Part shown: positions 1 through 8,663 of the stretch, one piece after another
Numbering within the stretch: position 1 is the stretch's first letter
Layout of the letters: every line of letters starts with the position of its first letter
Origin: a virus
Lineage: Duplodnaviria; Caudoviricetes
Reading direction: 5' to 3' (one strand)
DNA length: 34,490 nt
Virus record (IMG/VR): IMGVR_UViG_3300037780_000088
Location: 1-34,490 of that record
Made by a program: the position numbers and the translations under genes
Notes under the pieces: generated by a model
Seen by the model: the letters and a program-made list of their open reading frames with translations, nothing else
What the model was told of the DNA's origin: nothing
The model's database searches: none

Positions 1-37
1 AGCGGGCCCTGAAACGGTACGGGATCACGGAAGGGGA
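1..37. repeat. Terminal overlap, left copy (circular/permuted assembly)
   Basis: 1..37 AGCGGGCCCTGAAACGGTACGGGATCACGGAAGGGGA matches 34454..34490 with one mismatch (A32 vs C34485); the reading frame continues across the join. Confidence 0.95.
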
Positions 38-911
38 TTGGGAGGCGGCCAGCAAGGCGGACCTGCTGGAAGAGCGCGGCGCCACGTTCCTGGATATCCG
101 CGGCATTGATGGGGTGAACCGCGAAGCGGCGGCCAAGATCATGGAAATGGTGGTGCAGGAAACGGAATTTGCCGTGCCCACGAATTCGTCCCGGGTCCGC
201 CACCAGTTGCGCGGCGGCACCCGGCCCGGGTCGTTCGCGGCGGAAGTCCTGGCGTCCGTCGCCATGTACAAATCGTTCCCGGTGTCGATCGTGCACCTGC
301 ATATTATGCGGGGGTTGAACCTGGACAGTCTCCCGCGTTCCGCCGGGTATATGGCGGATTTCCTGATTTCCACCACGATCATGGGCGGCCTTGCGTGGCA
401 GTTTAAGAAGCTGTCGAAGGGCCAGGATCCCCAGGACATGACGACGCCCGAGTTTTGGGGCCAAGCCTTGATGCAGGGCGGCGGCCTGGGCCTGTTCGGG
501 GATTTCCTGCTGTCCGACGTGAACCGGTTTGGCCAATCCCTGGGGGAACAAATGGCCGGCCCGGTGGTGAATTTCGGAAACGATATCCTGCGCCTGACCG
601 CGGGCAATGTCCGGCAGGCGCTTCGCGGTGAAAACACGCGGGTATCCCAGGAACTTATCCAATTCGCCAGGCGTTACATGCCCGGCGGTTCGGCGTGGCA
701 AAGCCGGTTGATCCTGGAACGTGAGTTGTTCAACCGCCTGGAACGCTGGGCCGATCCCTCCGCGCCCCGGCGCTGGGACCGGATCAAGCAGCGGTTGGCC
801 AGCGAAACGGGCGGGGCCTATTACTTCCCGCCGGGATCGAGCCTGATCAACAACCGGGCCGCGATTCGGCCACCGGACGTTTCGGCGGTGGTCGGTGGAT
901 CGGAGAGATAG
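1..911 (+). CDS. C-terminal part of large internal virion (ejection) protein; starts at 32842 and wraps
   Basis: Frame-3 ORF, open from the window start, in frame with 32842..34490 across the overlap (~840 aa total). C-terminus 'ALMQGGGLGLFGDFL...GPV' resembles epsilon15/BPP-1-type internal virion proteins. Confidence 0.8.
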   Translation, partial: RALKRYGITEGDWEAASKADLLEERGATFLDIRGIDGVNREAAAKIMEMVVQETEFAVPTNSSRVRHQLRGGTRPGSFAAEVLASVAMYKSFPVSIVHLHIMRGLNLDSLPRSAGYMADFLISTTIMGGLAWQFKKLSKGQDPQDMTTPEFWGQALMQGGGLGLFGDFLLSDVNRFGQSLGEQMAGPVVNFGNDILRLTAGNVRQALRGENTRVSQELIQFARRYMPGGSAWQSRLILERELFNRLERWADPSAPRRWDRIKQRLASETGGAYYFPPGSSLINNRAAIRPPDVSAVVGGSER

Positions 912-913
912 CC

Positions 914-1312
914 ATGCAGATTTCAGTTATGGACCTGGTGGCGATAATCGGCGGGGTGCTGATCCCGTTGGGCTTGGCCATGGCGGCGGCGTGGCGGGCC
1001 CAGACACGCCGGGACAAAGAACAAGATGACGCCTTGAACAAGGCCCTTAAGGAAAGTTCCGACAATCTGAACACGGCGTTGCGATCCGTCCGCAAGGAAT
1101 TCGAAGAGGACGATAACAAGATTTGGTCCGAAGTGAACGCGATCAACAAGGGCCTTGCGGATTACCGGGAACGGGTGGCCAACACCTATGTGTCCAAGGC
1201 GGAATTGCGGGACGAAGTGCAAAAGCTGGAACGCCAGTTGGAAAGCATGTCCGCCGATATCAAAACCATTTTGGCCCGGGTTCCGGTGCCGGTGACCGGT
1301 GGGGACGATTGA
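914..1312 (+). CDS. Putative holin / membrane-anchored coiled-coil lysis protein (132 aa)
   Basis: One N-terminal hydrophobic helix (LVAIIGGVLIPLGLAMAAAW), then heptad-like coiled coil; GGAG SD; stop overlaps endolysin start (TGATG). Confidence 0.55.
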   Translation: MQISVMDLVAIIGGVLIPLGLAMAAAWRAQTRRDKEQDDALNKALKESSDNLNTALRSVRKEFEEDDNKIWSEVNAINKGLADYRERVANTYVSKAELRDEVQKLERQLESMSADIKTILARVPVPVTGGDD

Positions 1313-1830
1313 TGAACAAGACCGATTTCCTTGAAACGGTGGTGGCCCCGACGCTGGCCGCCATGGATGCCGACAATTTGGCGGCGCGGCGGCTGGTGAT
1401 GGCCACGGCGCTGGTGGAAAGCGGCGATCTTGAATTCACGCGGCAACGCCTGGGCCGGGGGCGCTACGGCGCCGGCCTAGGCTTTTTCCAGATGGAAATG
1501 GCGACGGCCATATGGCTGGCCCATGATTATCTGGTGCGCCGTCCCGACGTTGGGGACCGCCTGGAAGCTGCGTTCAACCTTCTATCCGCCGTGGACCTTG
1601 ATTGGTCCGACGTGGACACGGCGGCGTTGGAAGCGAAGATGTTAACGGATCTTCGGTTCCAGTGTGCCATGTGCCGCTTGCGATACATGGTGGTCCCGAA
1701 GCCCTTACCCCATGCGGATGACCTGGACGGGTTGGCCAAATATTGGCTTCGTCATTACAACGCCGGCGGCAAAGGAACCCTGGACAAGTTCCGAACCCAT
1801 GCCGCCTGGGTAATGGAGCAAGTCAAATGA
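1312..1830 (+). CDS. Putative endolysin, lysozyme/transglycosylase-like fold (172 aa)
   Basis: ATG at 1312 is coupled to the upstream stop. Motifs 'ATALVESG' (catalytic Glu-like), 'GLGFFQME.AT', 'CRLRY', 'YWLRHYNAGGKG' fit small phage peptidoglycan hydrolases; lysis-cassette position. Confidence 0.7.
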   Translation: MNKTDFLETVVAPTLAAMDADNLAARRLVMATALVESGDLEFTRQRLGRGRYGAGLGFFQMEMATAIWLAHDYLVRRPDVGDRLEAAFNLLSAVDLDWSDVDTAALEAKMLTDLRFQCAMCRLRYMVVPKPLPHADDLDGLAKYWLRHYNAGGKGTLDKFRTHAAWVMEQVK

Positions 1831-2882
1831 TACGACGCCTGAAAATCTCCGCGGCGGTGGCCGTCGCGGTGCTGTGTCTGTCCGCCTGCGAAGCGGTGGA
1901 CACGCTGGTTGACCGGGTTTCCGATGGTCTGGTGGTTGCCCATGACCGCGTGGCCTTCGCCCGGGAGAACATATGCGGCCTGCCCGAAGGGCTGCGAAAG
2001 GTGGTCCGGGCCATGGTCCTGGCCAAGACCGATGGGAAGGTGAACACCGGCATTCTGTGCGAGTTCGCCACGGAACCTGCAGGACCGCCGAAACCGGCGG
2101 TGGCGCCAGGTTCCGAGCCGGGAAAGGAGGCCGCCGCCATGGTCCCTTTCGTTGACCTGGCGCGGGCCAGTCAGGCGGTTTATTCGCCGGACCCGGCGCC
2201 GCGCCTGCGGGCGCTTTTCGGTTCCAACGCCAAGGTGGAGGCGATCGCCGCCGGCCCGCATTTCTGCGCCGTCTGCACGTTCGCCGCGGACAAGGAACGG
2301 GTTACCGTCGTCGTGAACCGGGGAACCGAAAAGGATTTCGGGGATATCCTGACCGACATGCGGGCCTATCCCTGGTATTCGCGGGCGTTGGGTATCCATC
2401 ACCGCGGGTTCGGATCCGGCGCCGGCGCCCTGTGGGACGCCGGCCTGGGTGAGCGGATCCAGGGGGCCGCGGATGTGAAACGCCCGGTGATCCTGACCGG
2501 TCATTCCCTCGGCGGCGCCCTGGCCGCCTGTGAAGCCGGCCTGATGATCGAAAAGACGGGTAAGGCGCCCGTGGGTCTGGTGACCTTTGGCGCCCCGCGC
2601 GTCGGCCTTCGTGTGTTCGGGGTGGCCGATATCCAGGACCGCCTGGACGCCCGGGGCCGTGAGGCCGGCAAATTCTATCGGGTGCAGTTTCGCCACGGCG
2701 ACGACGTGGTGACGGAAGTTCCCACGTTCCTGCCGGGGTGGCGACATGCCGCCGGATATCTGATTAAGGTGGGGTTCGGGTCCGGTGACGGGTTCCGGGA
2801 CCACATGGCGGCGAAATACGTTGCCGCGGTCGGACTGTGGGTGACCGAAGCCCGCCAGAAGAACGTCATTGAAGGTGTTTAA
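1827..2882 (+). CDS. Lipoprotein fused to class-3 lipase (alpha/beta hydrolase), 351 aa
   Basis: ATGA overlap with endolysin. Signal peptide with lipobox (MIRRLKISAAVAVAVLCLSA-C). Lipase_3 motifs 'NRGT', 'HHRGF', 'TGHSLGGALA', 'TFGAPRVG', 'DDVVTEVP', 'DHMAAKY' give a Ser-Asp-His triad. Confidence 0.85.
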   Translation: MIRRLKISAAVAVAVLCLSACEAVDTLVDRVSDGLVVAHDRVAFARENICGLPEGLRKVVRAMVLAKTDGKVNTGILCEFATEPAGPPKPAVAPGSEPGKEAAAMVPFVDLARASQAVYSPDPAPRLRALFGSNAKVEAIAAGPHFCAVCTFAADKERVTVVVNRGTEKDFGDILTDMRAYPWYSRALGIHHRGFGSGAGALWDAGLGERIQGAADVKRPVILTGHSLGGALAACEAGLMIEKTGKAPVGLVTFGAPRVGLRVFGVADIQDRLDARGREAGKFYRVQFRHGDDVVTEVPTFLPGWRHAAGYLIKVGFGSGDGFRDHMAAKYVAAVGLWVTEARQKNVIEGV

Positions 2883-3174
2883 CGTCCGCCGATAAAAAGA
2901 CTTTCCGTCGCAGGATTTCGCGGGCGTCGTTCCATGAGCGGCGCCCGTTTCTTTGGGCCTTGTCCTCGGCCCGCCAATGGGTGGCCATGCGGGAAAGCAC
3001 GGTCATCAGTTTCAGGGCCTTAGCCAATCCGCGTTCGAAGCGGAAGGCCATGACCACATCGTATAGTTCCGCGCCCCTGGTATATCGCCGCTGGTTGTAG
3101 GCCCGTTTATGGGCGTCCCGGCAAAACCGGCCCTTCCGTTCGTGGCTTTCGCCGCATTCAGGGCAACACGACAT
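2866..3174 (-). CDS. Small basic protein with putative Zn-binding N-terminus (102 aa)
   Basis: ATG at 3174; 'CCPECG...RFCRDAH' Cys/His cluster followed by Arg-rich helices; last gene of the leftward operon. Confidence 0.65.
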   Translation of the reverse strand: MSCCPECGESHERKGRFCRDAHKRAYNQRRYTRGAELYDVVMAFRFERGLAKALKLMTVLSRMATHWRAEDKAQRNGRRSWNDAREILRRKVFLSADVKHLQ

Positions 3175-3478
3175 GTTCCCATTCCCCTTGCCAGAAACGA
3201 TGGGTGACCATGATGTATCCGGGTTCCAGGCCATGCATGGGGCCGTGTTCGATGTACCAGATTTCACGGCGAAGCGGATTGCCCACCAGAATATCCCGGC
3301 GGGGGTCGTAGCACCGGAATTCCAGCACGTCCCCGACGTGCCAAAGGCGATCCTTGGGCAAAATTTCGCAGCACCGGCGGTTTACCAGAATGGCGTCCAT
3401 GACGTGTTTCTGGCGGCGGACCTCGATAAACTGCGGGATCCTACCGCCATTTTTGGCGGGATCGGCCGGCGGGCTCAT
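3158..3478 (-). CDS. ASCH/PUA-like (DUF3850-like) protein (106 aa)
   Basis: 'CEILPKDRLWHVGDVLEFRCYD...GNPLRREIWYI...GLEPGYIMV' follows the DUF3850 pattern; start overlaps the upstream gene's stop. Confidence 0.65.
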   Translation of the reverse strand: MSPPADPAKNGGRIPQFIEVRRQKHVMDAILVNRRCCEILPKDRLWHVGDVLEFRCYDPRRDILVGNPLRREIWYIEHGPMHGLEPGYIMVTHRFWQGEWEHVVLP

Positions 3479-4095
3479 GGCTCAAGATCCCGGGCCATAC
3501 GTTCGACCTGGACGATAGCGGATTGGACCGTCTGGGCCGTCTGGTCACCGCCGAAGGCTATAGACAGGTTGGCGATCAAGTCCCCGAAGGCGTTGATTAC
3601 GTCGCTTGGCGCCATGGGGAATTTCTTTTCCATGCGCGAAACCTTGCCCACCAGCCGATCCGCCAGGATCTTGACGTATCCGGCCCGGGTGTCGGCAAAC
3701 GACGCCAGAAGCGGCGCCGCGCCGGGGTTGTCCTTGTCGAAGGGATAGGTTGCAAGGACGGTGGCCGCCCGGTCGATGACCCGTTGTTGCAGATGCATGA
3801 CGATAGCCTGGAAGGGTGGAGCGCATGGGGTTTCGGCCAGTTGGTGACACCAGACCGCGCCGGCCCGGGACGCGGCGGAAATCACTTCCGCCGGCGTCAT
3901 TTGGTTGCGGGCCTTCGGATCGGTGCGGATTAGGGTGGTAAGCGCCTGCCGTATGCTGGTGGAAATCAGGGTGGCGCCCATGGCGTCGGAATGGGCGGTG
4001 GCGGCGGCCTCCATGCGCTGGGCCTTCGCCTCCGCTTCGTCAAAGGTTTTCAGTGCTGCGGCCTTGGCCGCCGCGTCGTTGTCTCGGGTATCCAT
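3475..4095 (-). CDS. Hypothetical helical protein (206 aa)
   Basis: AGGAAG SD before ATG; stop overlaps the next start; no recognisable motif. Confidence 0.7.
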   Translation of the reverse strand: MDTRDNDAAAKAAALKTFDEAEAKAQRMEAAATAHSDAMGATLISTSIRQALTTLIRTDPKARNQMTPAEVISAASRAGAVWCHQLAETPCAPPFQAIVMHLQQRVIDRAATVLATYPFDKDNPGAAPLLASFADTRAGYVKILADRLVGKVSRMEKKFPMAPSDVINAFGDLIANLSIAFGGDQTAQTVQSAIVQVERMARDLEP

Positions 4096-4125
4096 CGAGC
4101 ATCTTCCTTTCTGCTGGTGCCGGAA

Positions 4126-4863
4126 TCATTCATCGGCGGTTTCGCTGGTGCTCGATCGGTTTTGCAAGGCGTCTTGGAAGACTTCGGGCGCCTGATCCAT
4201 CATCATGGAAATAATCGCCCGTTGGTAATCCCGGGGCTGGCGTTGCAGGCGGTTGGCCCAATTGCGGGCCTTTTTCTTGATGTTCTCCCGCTCCCGGTAG
4301 TTGTCCCCAAGGTACTGATAATCATGCAACACCATGGGTTCGTCGTAGTTCATGTAAAGGCTTTCCGTGGCCGGCCCACCCCGCGTGGTGGCGGTGAAGT
4401 CGATCCGCCGCCAGTCGGCCAAGGCACGGTCGTACAGCGGGTTCGCATAGGCGGAAATCGCGACGGGGCAGGGGATCCGCGTGGCGATGGCCAGGAATAG
4501 ATTATGGTCCTCCAGCGTCAATTCATGGGTGTAAAGATCCCGCTGGCCCTTCCTGGTTTCCAGGATATATGGCGGATCGAAATAGCCGAATTCGCGCCCG
4601 GTCCATTGATACCCACCGATGAATTCCAGGGCGTCCCCGTGAATGACGGTGACCGCCGGCGGGCGGTGGAAGGTGTCGCGGATCAAACCGTATTGGGCCT
4701 GTTCGCGTTCAATCAGGATCGCCCGGTGGGGCCGCCGCATGTGGCGGAAAACGCCGAGGTTGCCGCCGAAGGCTTCAATGTACACGTCGTGTTTGGGGAT
4801 CTGGTTTATGATCGTCTGATAGACGCCGGCACCGGATTTGCCCCCTGGGTATGTCTGTCGCAC
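4126..4863 (-). CDS. DNA N6-adenine methyltransferase, D12 (Dam/EcoRV-like) class (~245 aa)
   Basis: Likely GTG start at 4863; 'YPGGKS', motif I 'YIEAFGGNLGV', catalytic 'FDPPY', 'ISAY', 'ESLYMNY'. No cognate endonuclease nearby. Confidence 0.88.
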   Translation of the reverse strand: MRQTYPGGKSGAGVYQTIINQIPKHDVYIEAFGGNLGVFRHMRRPHRAILIEREQAQYGLIRDTFHRPPAVTVIHGDALEFIGGYQWTGREFGYFDPPYILETRKGQRDLYTHELTLEDHNLFLAIATRIPCPVAISAYANPLYDRALADWRRIDFTATTRGGPATESLYMNYDEPMVLHDYQYLGDNYRERENIKKKARNWANRLQRQPRDYQRAIISMMMDQAPEVFQDALQNRSSTSETADE

Positions 4864-4897
4864 GGTATTTTCCCTTTCCCGTGGTTGCGGAGACGGC

Positions 4898-5158
4898 TTA
4901 GGCCGCCGAAGGCGGGCGAAAGAAGATGACGCCCGAGGCGGACATGTTCCAGGCGGCTCGGCCCACCATCTTTTCCGGACGGAGAAGATAGGCGCCGGCC
5001 TTGCTGAACCCTTCGTAAATGAAGATTTCCTGGTTTGGATCGCCGGTGGCCTTAAGCCATGCCTTGGCCGCGTCGATCGCAGCGCCCGTGCTGGGGAACT
5101 GGCGGTCAATGACTTCCGTCTGGATATCGTCCTGGTGATAAGCGAATGCGAAATACAT
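4898..5158 (-). CDS. Hypothetical protein (86 aa)
   Basis: Fits between neighbouring genes in the leftward operon; plausible composition. Confidence 0.55.
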   Translation of the reverse strand: MYFAFAYHQDDIQTEVIDRQFPSTGAAIDAAKAWLKATGDPNQEIFIYEGFSKAGAYLLRPEKMVGRAAWNMSASGVIFFRPPSAA

Positions 5159-5161
5159 GGC

Positions 5162-5533
5162 TCACCCCGCTAGATCATCGGCGGTCAGGGTGTAGGGAAG
5201 GCCGTCCGGCCCGCGCACGGTGACCAGCCATCCGTCCGTGGTTGTGACGGTGACCAGCCGGTAATCCTGGGGCCCGAAGCGCATCCGGGTTCGTTGGCCG
5301 GGCTGGAATGTCGGGATCGCCGGCGGCCAGGGGATAACCGGCATGTCTCCGGATCCTGCACCGCCGGATCCGCCGGTGGTCGACGGCCCGGGCGCCGGTA
5401 AGGCCGGCATGCGCCCGGATCCGCCACAAGACCGGCAGGTGTGTTTTTCGGAATGGGGGAAATAAGGCACGGAACGCCGGTGGGCGTTCCAGCCCCGCCC
5501 GTGGCAAGACGGGCAAATACGGGTGTTGTCCAT
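5162..5533 (-). CDS. Hypothetical protein with DnaJ-type CxxCxGxG zinc-finger pair (123 aa)
   Basis: 'CPSCHGRG' and 'CRSCGGSG'; AGGA SD. Confidence 0.65.
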   Translation of the reverse strand: MDNTRICPSCHGRGWNAHRRSVPYFPHSEKHTCRSCGGSGRMPALPAPGPSTTGGSGGAGSGDMPVIPWPPAIPTFQPGQRTRMRFGPQDYRLVTVTTTDGWLVTVRGPDGLPYTLTADDLAG

Positions 5534-5586
5534 GAATGATCATCCTGTTTTCTCGTTCGGATGGGGTGGGGTAGGGGGTCACGTCG

Positions 5587-5847
5587 TTATCCCTGGTCGC
5601 GGTCCAGCTTTTCCAGGATTGCTTCCAGAACATAGGTGGTCATAGGTTTAGCCACCGGCCCGCGCTGGCATACGCCATGGACGCGATCACGGATGTTGTC
5701 CGGGACGCGCGGGCGGAAGGGGGTTGTTACCTCGGGCGCGGGCGCCGGCTGGCTGGCCGGTGCGCCGCCCTTGTTGATTACGTCGGCAACGGCCTTGGGG
5801 TCCGCCGTGGTGCCTTTCGTTGGGCGCTTAGGAAGTGCCATGGTCAT
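5587..5847 (-). CDS. Small partition adaptor, ParG-like ribbon-helix-helix (86 aa)
   Basis: Overlaps the parA stop. Flexible N-terminal tail, then 'FRPRVPDNIRDRVHGVC...KPMTTYVLEAILEKL' (beta-alpha-alpha pattern), as in type Ib partition systems. Confidence 0.7.
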   Translation of the reverse strand: MTMALPKRPTKGTTADPKAVADVINKGGAPASQPAPAPEVTTPFRPRVPDNIRDRVHGVCQRGPVAKPMTTYVLEAILEKLDRDQG

Positions 5848-6536
5848 TTCTCCGGGGTGTTGGTGGCGCGTTCAATCGCATGGAAAAGGGCCGCCATTTC
5901 TTGGCGGGCGGGTTCTTCCTTGGCGGACGTGGTTTCGCCAATGGACAGGCCCTTGGCCTGGGCCCGCTTGAACGCAACGCGGGATCCGAGGGCCAGGGCC
6001 TTGGAGGCCGGCGCGGCGAAGCTGGGGAGAAGAATGCTTAGATTGTCCAATTCCATGATGTATTCCAGCACGTCCTTTGCGTCCGGGTCGTTGGGGTGGA
6101 CCATGCTTAAGAAGACGTAGGCCGGAAGATCCGGGTTCACGGTCTTGATTTCGGACACCAGCGTGTCCACCCGGTCCAAAACCCAGGCGTCGAAGGCGCC
6201 GGGCACCACCGGGATAATAAACAGGTCTGCGACGGTCAGGGCCGCCCGCTGGCTGGTGGTGTCGCGCCCGCCCACGTCAATAATGATATCGTCGTGTCGC
6301 TTGGCCAGTTTCAGGGTTTCCGTTCGGACGGCCTCGCCGGACAGTTTGATGGTGATGGGGGTTGGCCGGTCGGGGTGGAGTTGTTCACGAAGTTCCATGA
6401 AGTCGGCGGCGCTGGCCTGTTCGTCCGCGTCGATCAATAGAACATCCCGCCCGGCCAGGTGCCGGGCCAGGGAGAGATTTACGGCCAGGGTTGACTTTCC
6501 TTCGCCACCCTTGATGCCTCCGCATACAATGATCAT
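5844..6536 (-). CDS. parA: ParA-family partition ATPase, type Ib (230 aa)
   Basis: Deviant Walker A 'GGIKGGEGKSTLAVN', A' 'LLIDADEQAS', Walker B 'IIIDVGG'; no N-terminal HTH. Confidence 0.92.
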   Translation of the reverse strand: MIIVCGGIKGGEGKSTLAVNLSLARHLAGRDVLLIDADEQASAADFMELREQLHPDRPTPITIKLSGEAVRTETLKLAKRHDDIIIDVGGRDTTSQRAALTVADLFIIPVVPGAFDAWVLDRVDTLVSEIKTVNPDLPAYVFLSMVHPNDPDAKDVLEYIMELDNLSILLPSFAAPASKALALGSRVAFKRAQAKGLSIGETTSAKEEPARQEMAALFHAIERATNTPEK

Positions 6537-6566
6537 GTCTTGGGTCCATGTCGGTTTTGCAACGCT

Positions 6567-6604
6567 GGATCCGGTGGGATCCTTCGGGGATCCAATATGG
6601 ATCC
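6567..6604. promoter_or_regulatory. Phased GGATCC array upstream of parA (candidate centromere/operator)
   Basis: GGATCC at 6567, 6577, 6588, 6599 (10/11/11-bp spacing), overlapping the -10 of the parA promoter. Confidence 0.7.
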
Positions 6605-6623
6605 TTCATATTTGAAATGTCAA
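6595..6623 (-). promoter_or_regulatory. sigma70-type promoter of the parA operon
   Basis: Minus strand TTGACA (6623-6618) - 17 bp - CCATAT (6600-6595), close to the alphaproteobacterial CTTGAC-N17-CTATAT consensus. Confidence 0.7.
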
Positions 6624-6801
6624 CCCCGCACCGCCCGGCGCGGTCAAATTTGCCATAATGGCTGTAATGCGATTTACGAGGATGGCCCGGCCAAATCCGC
6701 CATGGTCCTATTTCAAGGATAAAATTCCGCAACCTGGGGGACCATGAAAACAAGATTTTGGGGGCGGGGGTGCCGACAAAGGCCAGGACCAAAATCATAT
6801 C

Positions 6802-6892
6802 CACGGGATTTCGCGGACGCCTGCACGGGATAACGCGGACGGGCACCGGGCCACGGGATATCGCGGACGCTTGACACGGGATATCGCGGACG
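6802..6892 (+). repeat. Iterons upstream of repA (4 x 18 bp)
   Basis: CACGGGAT(A/T)(T/A)CGCGGACG at 6802, 6824, 6852, 6875. Confidence 0.9.
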
Positions 6893-6951
6893 CCTACCGT
6901 TCCGGCACCCCAACCGGACGGACGCCACCATGGATAGAAGGGCGCCTGGCT

Positions 6952-8052
6952 ATGAACGATGGCCGCGAGATTTTCCAGCCGGACCTATTCCTTGACCAGT
7001 TGACGGACGTTTCCCCGATCAAGGGTGAACGTGCGTCCATGGAGTTTCCCTTTTTCAGTTTGGAGAAGGGCCGGCGCATGGACCCGATGGTATATGCGGA
7101 CGATTACGTGACGATCCGCATTGAGCCCAGCACCAAGGGCATGGCGACGATTTGGGACAAGGACATATTGATGTATGTCATTTCCCTGATTAACGAAAAG
7201 CTGGAACGGGGCGAAGAGGTAGACCGGACGGTGACCTTTGCCGCCTGGGATTTTCTCAAGGTGACGGGCCGGCACAAGGGTAAGACCGAATACGAACGGT
7301 TCATGGATGCCCTGGAACGCCTGGACGGGACGCGGATCCGCACGAATATAGAGGCGGGCGGCGATCGAGAGCGCCGCGGCTTCGGCTGGATCGAAAGTTG
7401 GCGGGTGATCGAGCAAGGCCGGCCAGACGGTTCCAAGCGCATGGTGGGCGTGAGCATCACCCTTAATCAGTGGATGTTCCGGGCGGTGGTCCAGGAACGC
7501 CGGGTGCTGACCGTCAACCGGGCGTATTTCCGCCTGACCATGGGCCTTGAACGGCGCATGTACGAACTGGCCCGCAAGCATTGCGGCGGCCAGCCGGAAT
7601 GGTTCGTGAGCCTGAAACGCCTTCACCAGAAATCAGGATCCCGGCGGGAGTTCCGCAAGTTCAAGGCGGATATCGTCAAAATCATAGGCCGGGACAGCAT
7701 CCCGGATTACCGCCTGGCGCTGGTCGATCCGGCGGAAGCGGCAACGCCGTTCAAGCCGAAGGACGGCGGATTGCTGGTGCGCGTCACGCCGCGCGAAATC
7801 GAGCCGGCGGCACCGGCGGAACCGGCGGTGGCCGAATCGGTCACCAGAAAAACCGGCGGTGTCGGCCAGAGTGACCTGCTTTTGAAGACGGCCACGGTAG
7901 AAGAGGCCCGGTCGATCCTGCCTGGATATGACGTGTATTATGTCGAGAATGCGTGGAAGGATTGGACCCGGAAACGGGGCGAAGTGATCGACAATCCAGA
8001 CCGCGCATTCCTGGGCTTCTGCCGGTCCTATAAGGATCGAAACCCCCTCTGA
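6952..8052 (+). CDS. repA: Plasmid replication initiator RepA (RPA-like family), ~366 aa
   Basis: 'SMEFPFFSL', 'GMATIWDKDILMY', 'AL.RL.GT.I.TNI', 'YFRL...LERRMYELARKHCG.Q' match alphaproteobacterial RepA initiators; ATG 6952 with AGAAGG SD; iterons on both sides. Confidence 0.9.
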   Translation: MNDGREIFQPDLFLDQLTDVSPIKGERASMEFPFFSLEKGRRMDPMVYADDYVTIRIEPSTKGMATIWDKDILMYVISLINEKLERGEEVDRTVTFAAWDFLKVTGRHKGKTEYERFMDALERLDGTRIRTNIEAGGDRERRGFGWIESWRVIEQGRPDGSKRMVGVSITLNQWMFRAVVQERRVLTVNRAYFRLTMGLERRMYELARKHCGGQPEWFVSLKRLHQKSGSRREFRKFKADIVKIIGRDSIPDYRLALVDPAEAATPFKPKDGGLLVRVTPREIEPAAPAEPAVAESVTRKTGGVGQSDLLLKTATVEEARSILPGYDVYYVENAWKDWTRKRGEVIDNPDRAFLGFCRSYKDRNPL

Positions 8053-8139
8053 CACGGGATATCGCGGACGAATTGCACGGGATATCGCGGACGCTGGCCA
8101 CGGGATATCGCGGACGCCCTTAACGGGATATCGCGGACG
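8053..8139 (+). repeat. Iterons downstream of repA (4 x 18 bp, 23-bp period)
   Basis: CACGGGATATCGCGGACG at 8053, 8076, 8099 and AACGGGATATCGCGGACG at 8122, starting right after the repA stop. Confidence 0.92.
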
Positions 8140-8260
8140 CAAGAATCCGGCCAAGTGTCTGAAATTCCCTCCGTTTCGCCGCGCCTTAACTTCTCCCTTT
8201 TTAACGATAGGGTTTAAGACCCTTAACCCTTCGGGGCTTTCAATCCAATTGAAAGCGGGT
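8140..8260. other. AT-enriched stretch next to iterons (candidate unwinding region of the plasmid origin)
   Basis: Runs such as CCTTAACTTCTCCCTTTTTAACGATAGGGTTTAAGACCCTTAACC in an otherwise GC-rich genome, adjacent to phased iterons. Confidence 0.55.
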
Positions 8261-8663
8261 AGGGAATGTGCGCGGCCCGGCGGGATCCGACCGGCCAATA
8301 ATTTGTGGTCTGGATTAGCATTTACCGCTGCACGTGTTTCAGCTATAGAAGCGGTGGAAGCCCTTGAAAGATCATAATTCAATGACAACGGGCGCCGGCG
8401 TTTCGTTGAGGGTAGGTGAGAACGGTTAGGCCACCGGAGCCTGTAACAAATCGCCAACGGCTGTTTTGTCGAACCGGAAACCCTGAACCATGACCCAGGA
8501 TAAAATCTCATTCTTCGATTTTATAAGCCCGCAAACCGTTATGCCGGCTAAACCCGTTAGGGCCGTGAACCCGGCCACCAGGCCGAGCGCCCGCTTTGCG
8601 GGCCGAATGTGATCGCTGCGCGATCTTCGCTGTTGAGGGGAAGCGTGGTGCCGCCGGTGTGTC

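Noticed and set aside
6871-6951. TTG start for repA at 6871 (ORF track)
   Set aside because: It runs through an iteron and lacks an SD; ATG 6952 has one.
6802-8139. 18-bp repeats as CRISPR arrays
   Set aside because: Spacers are only 4-10 bp, there are no cas genes, and the repeats flank repA; they are iterons.
7633-8511. 292-aa minus-strand ORF
   Set aside because: It overlaps repA and reads through the iterons; no recognisable motif.
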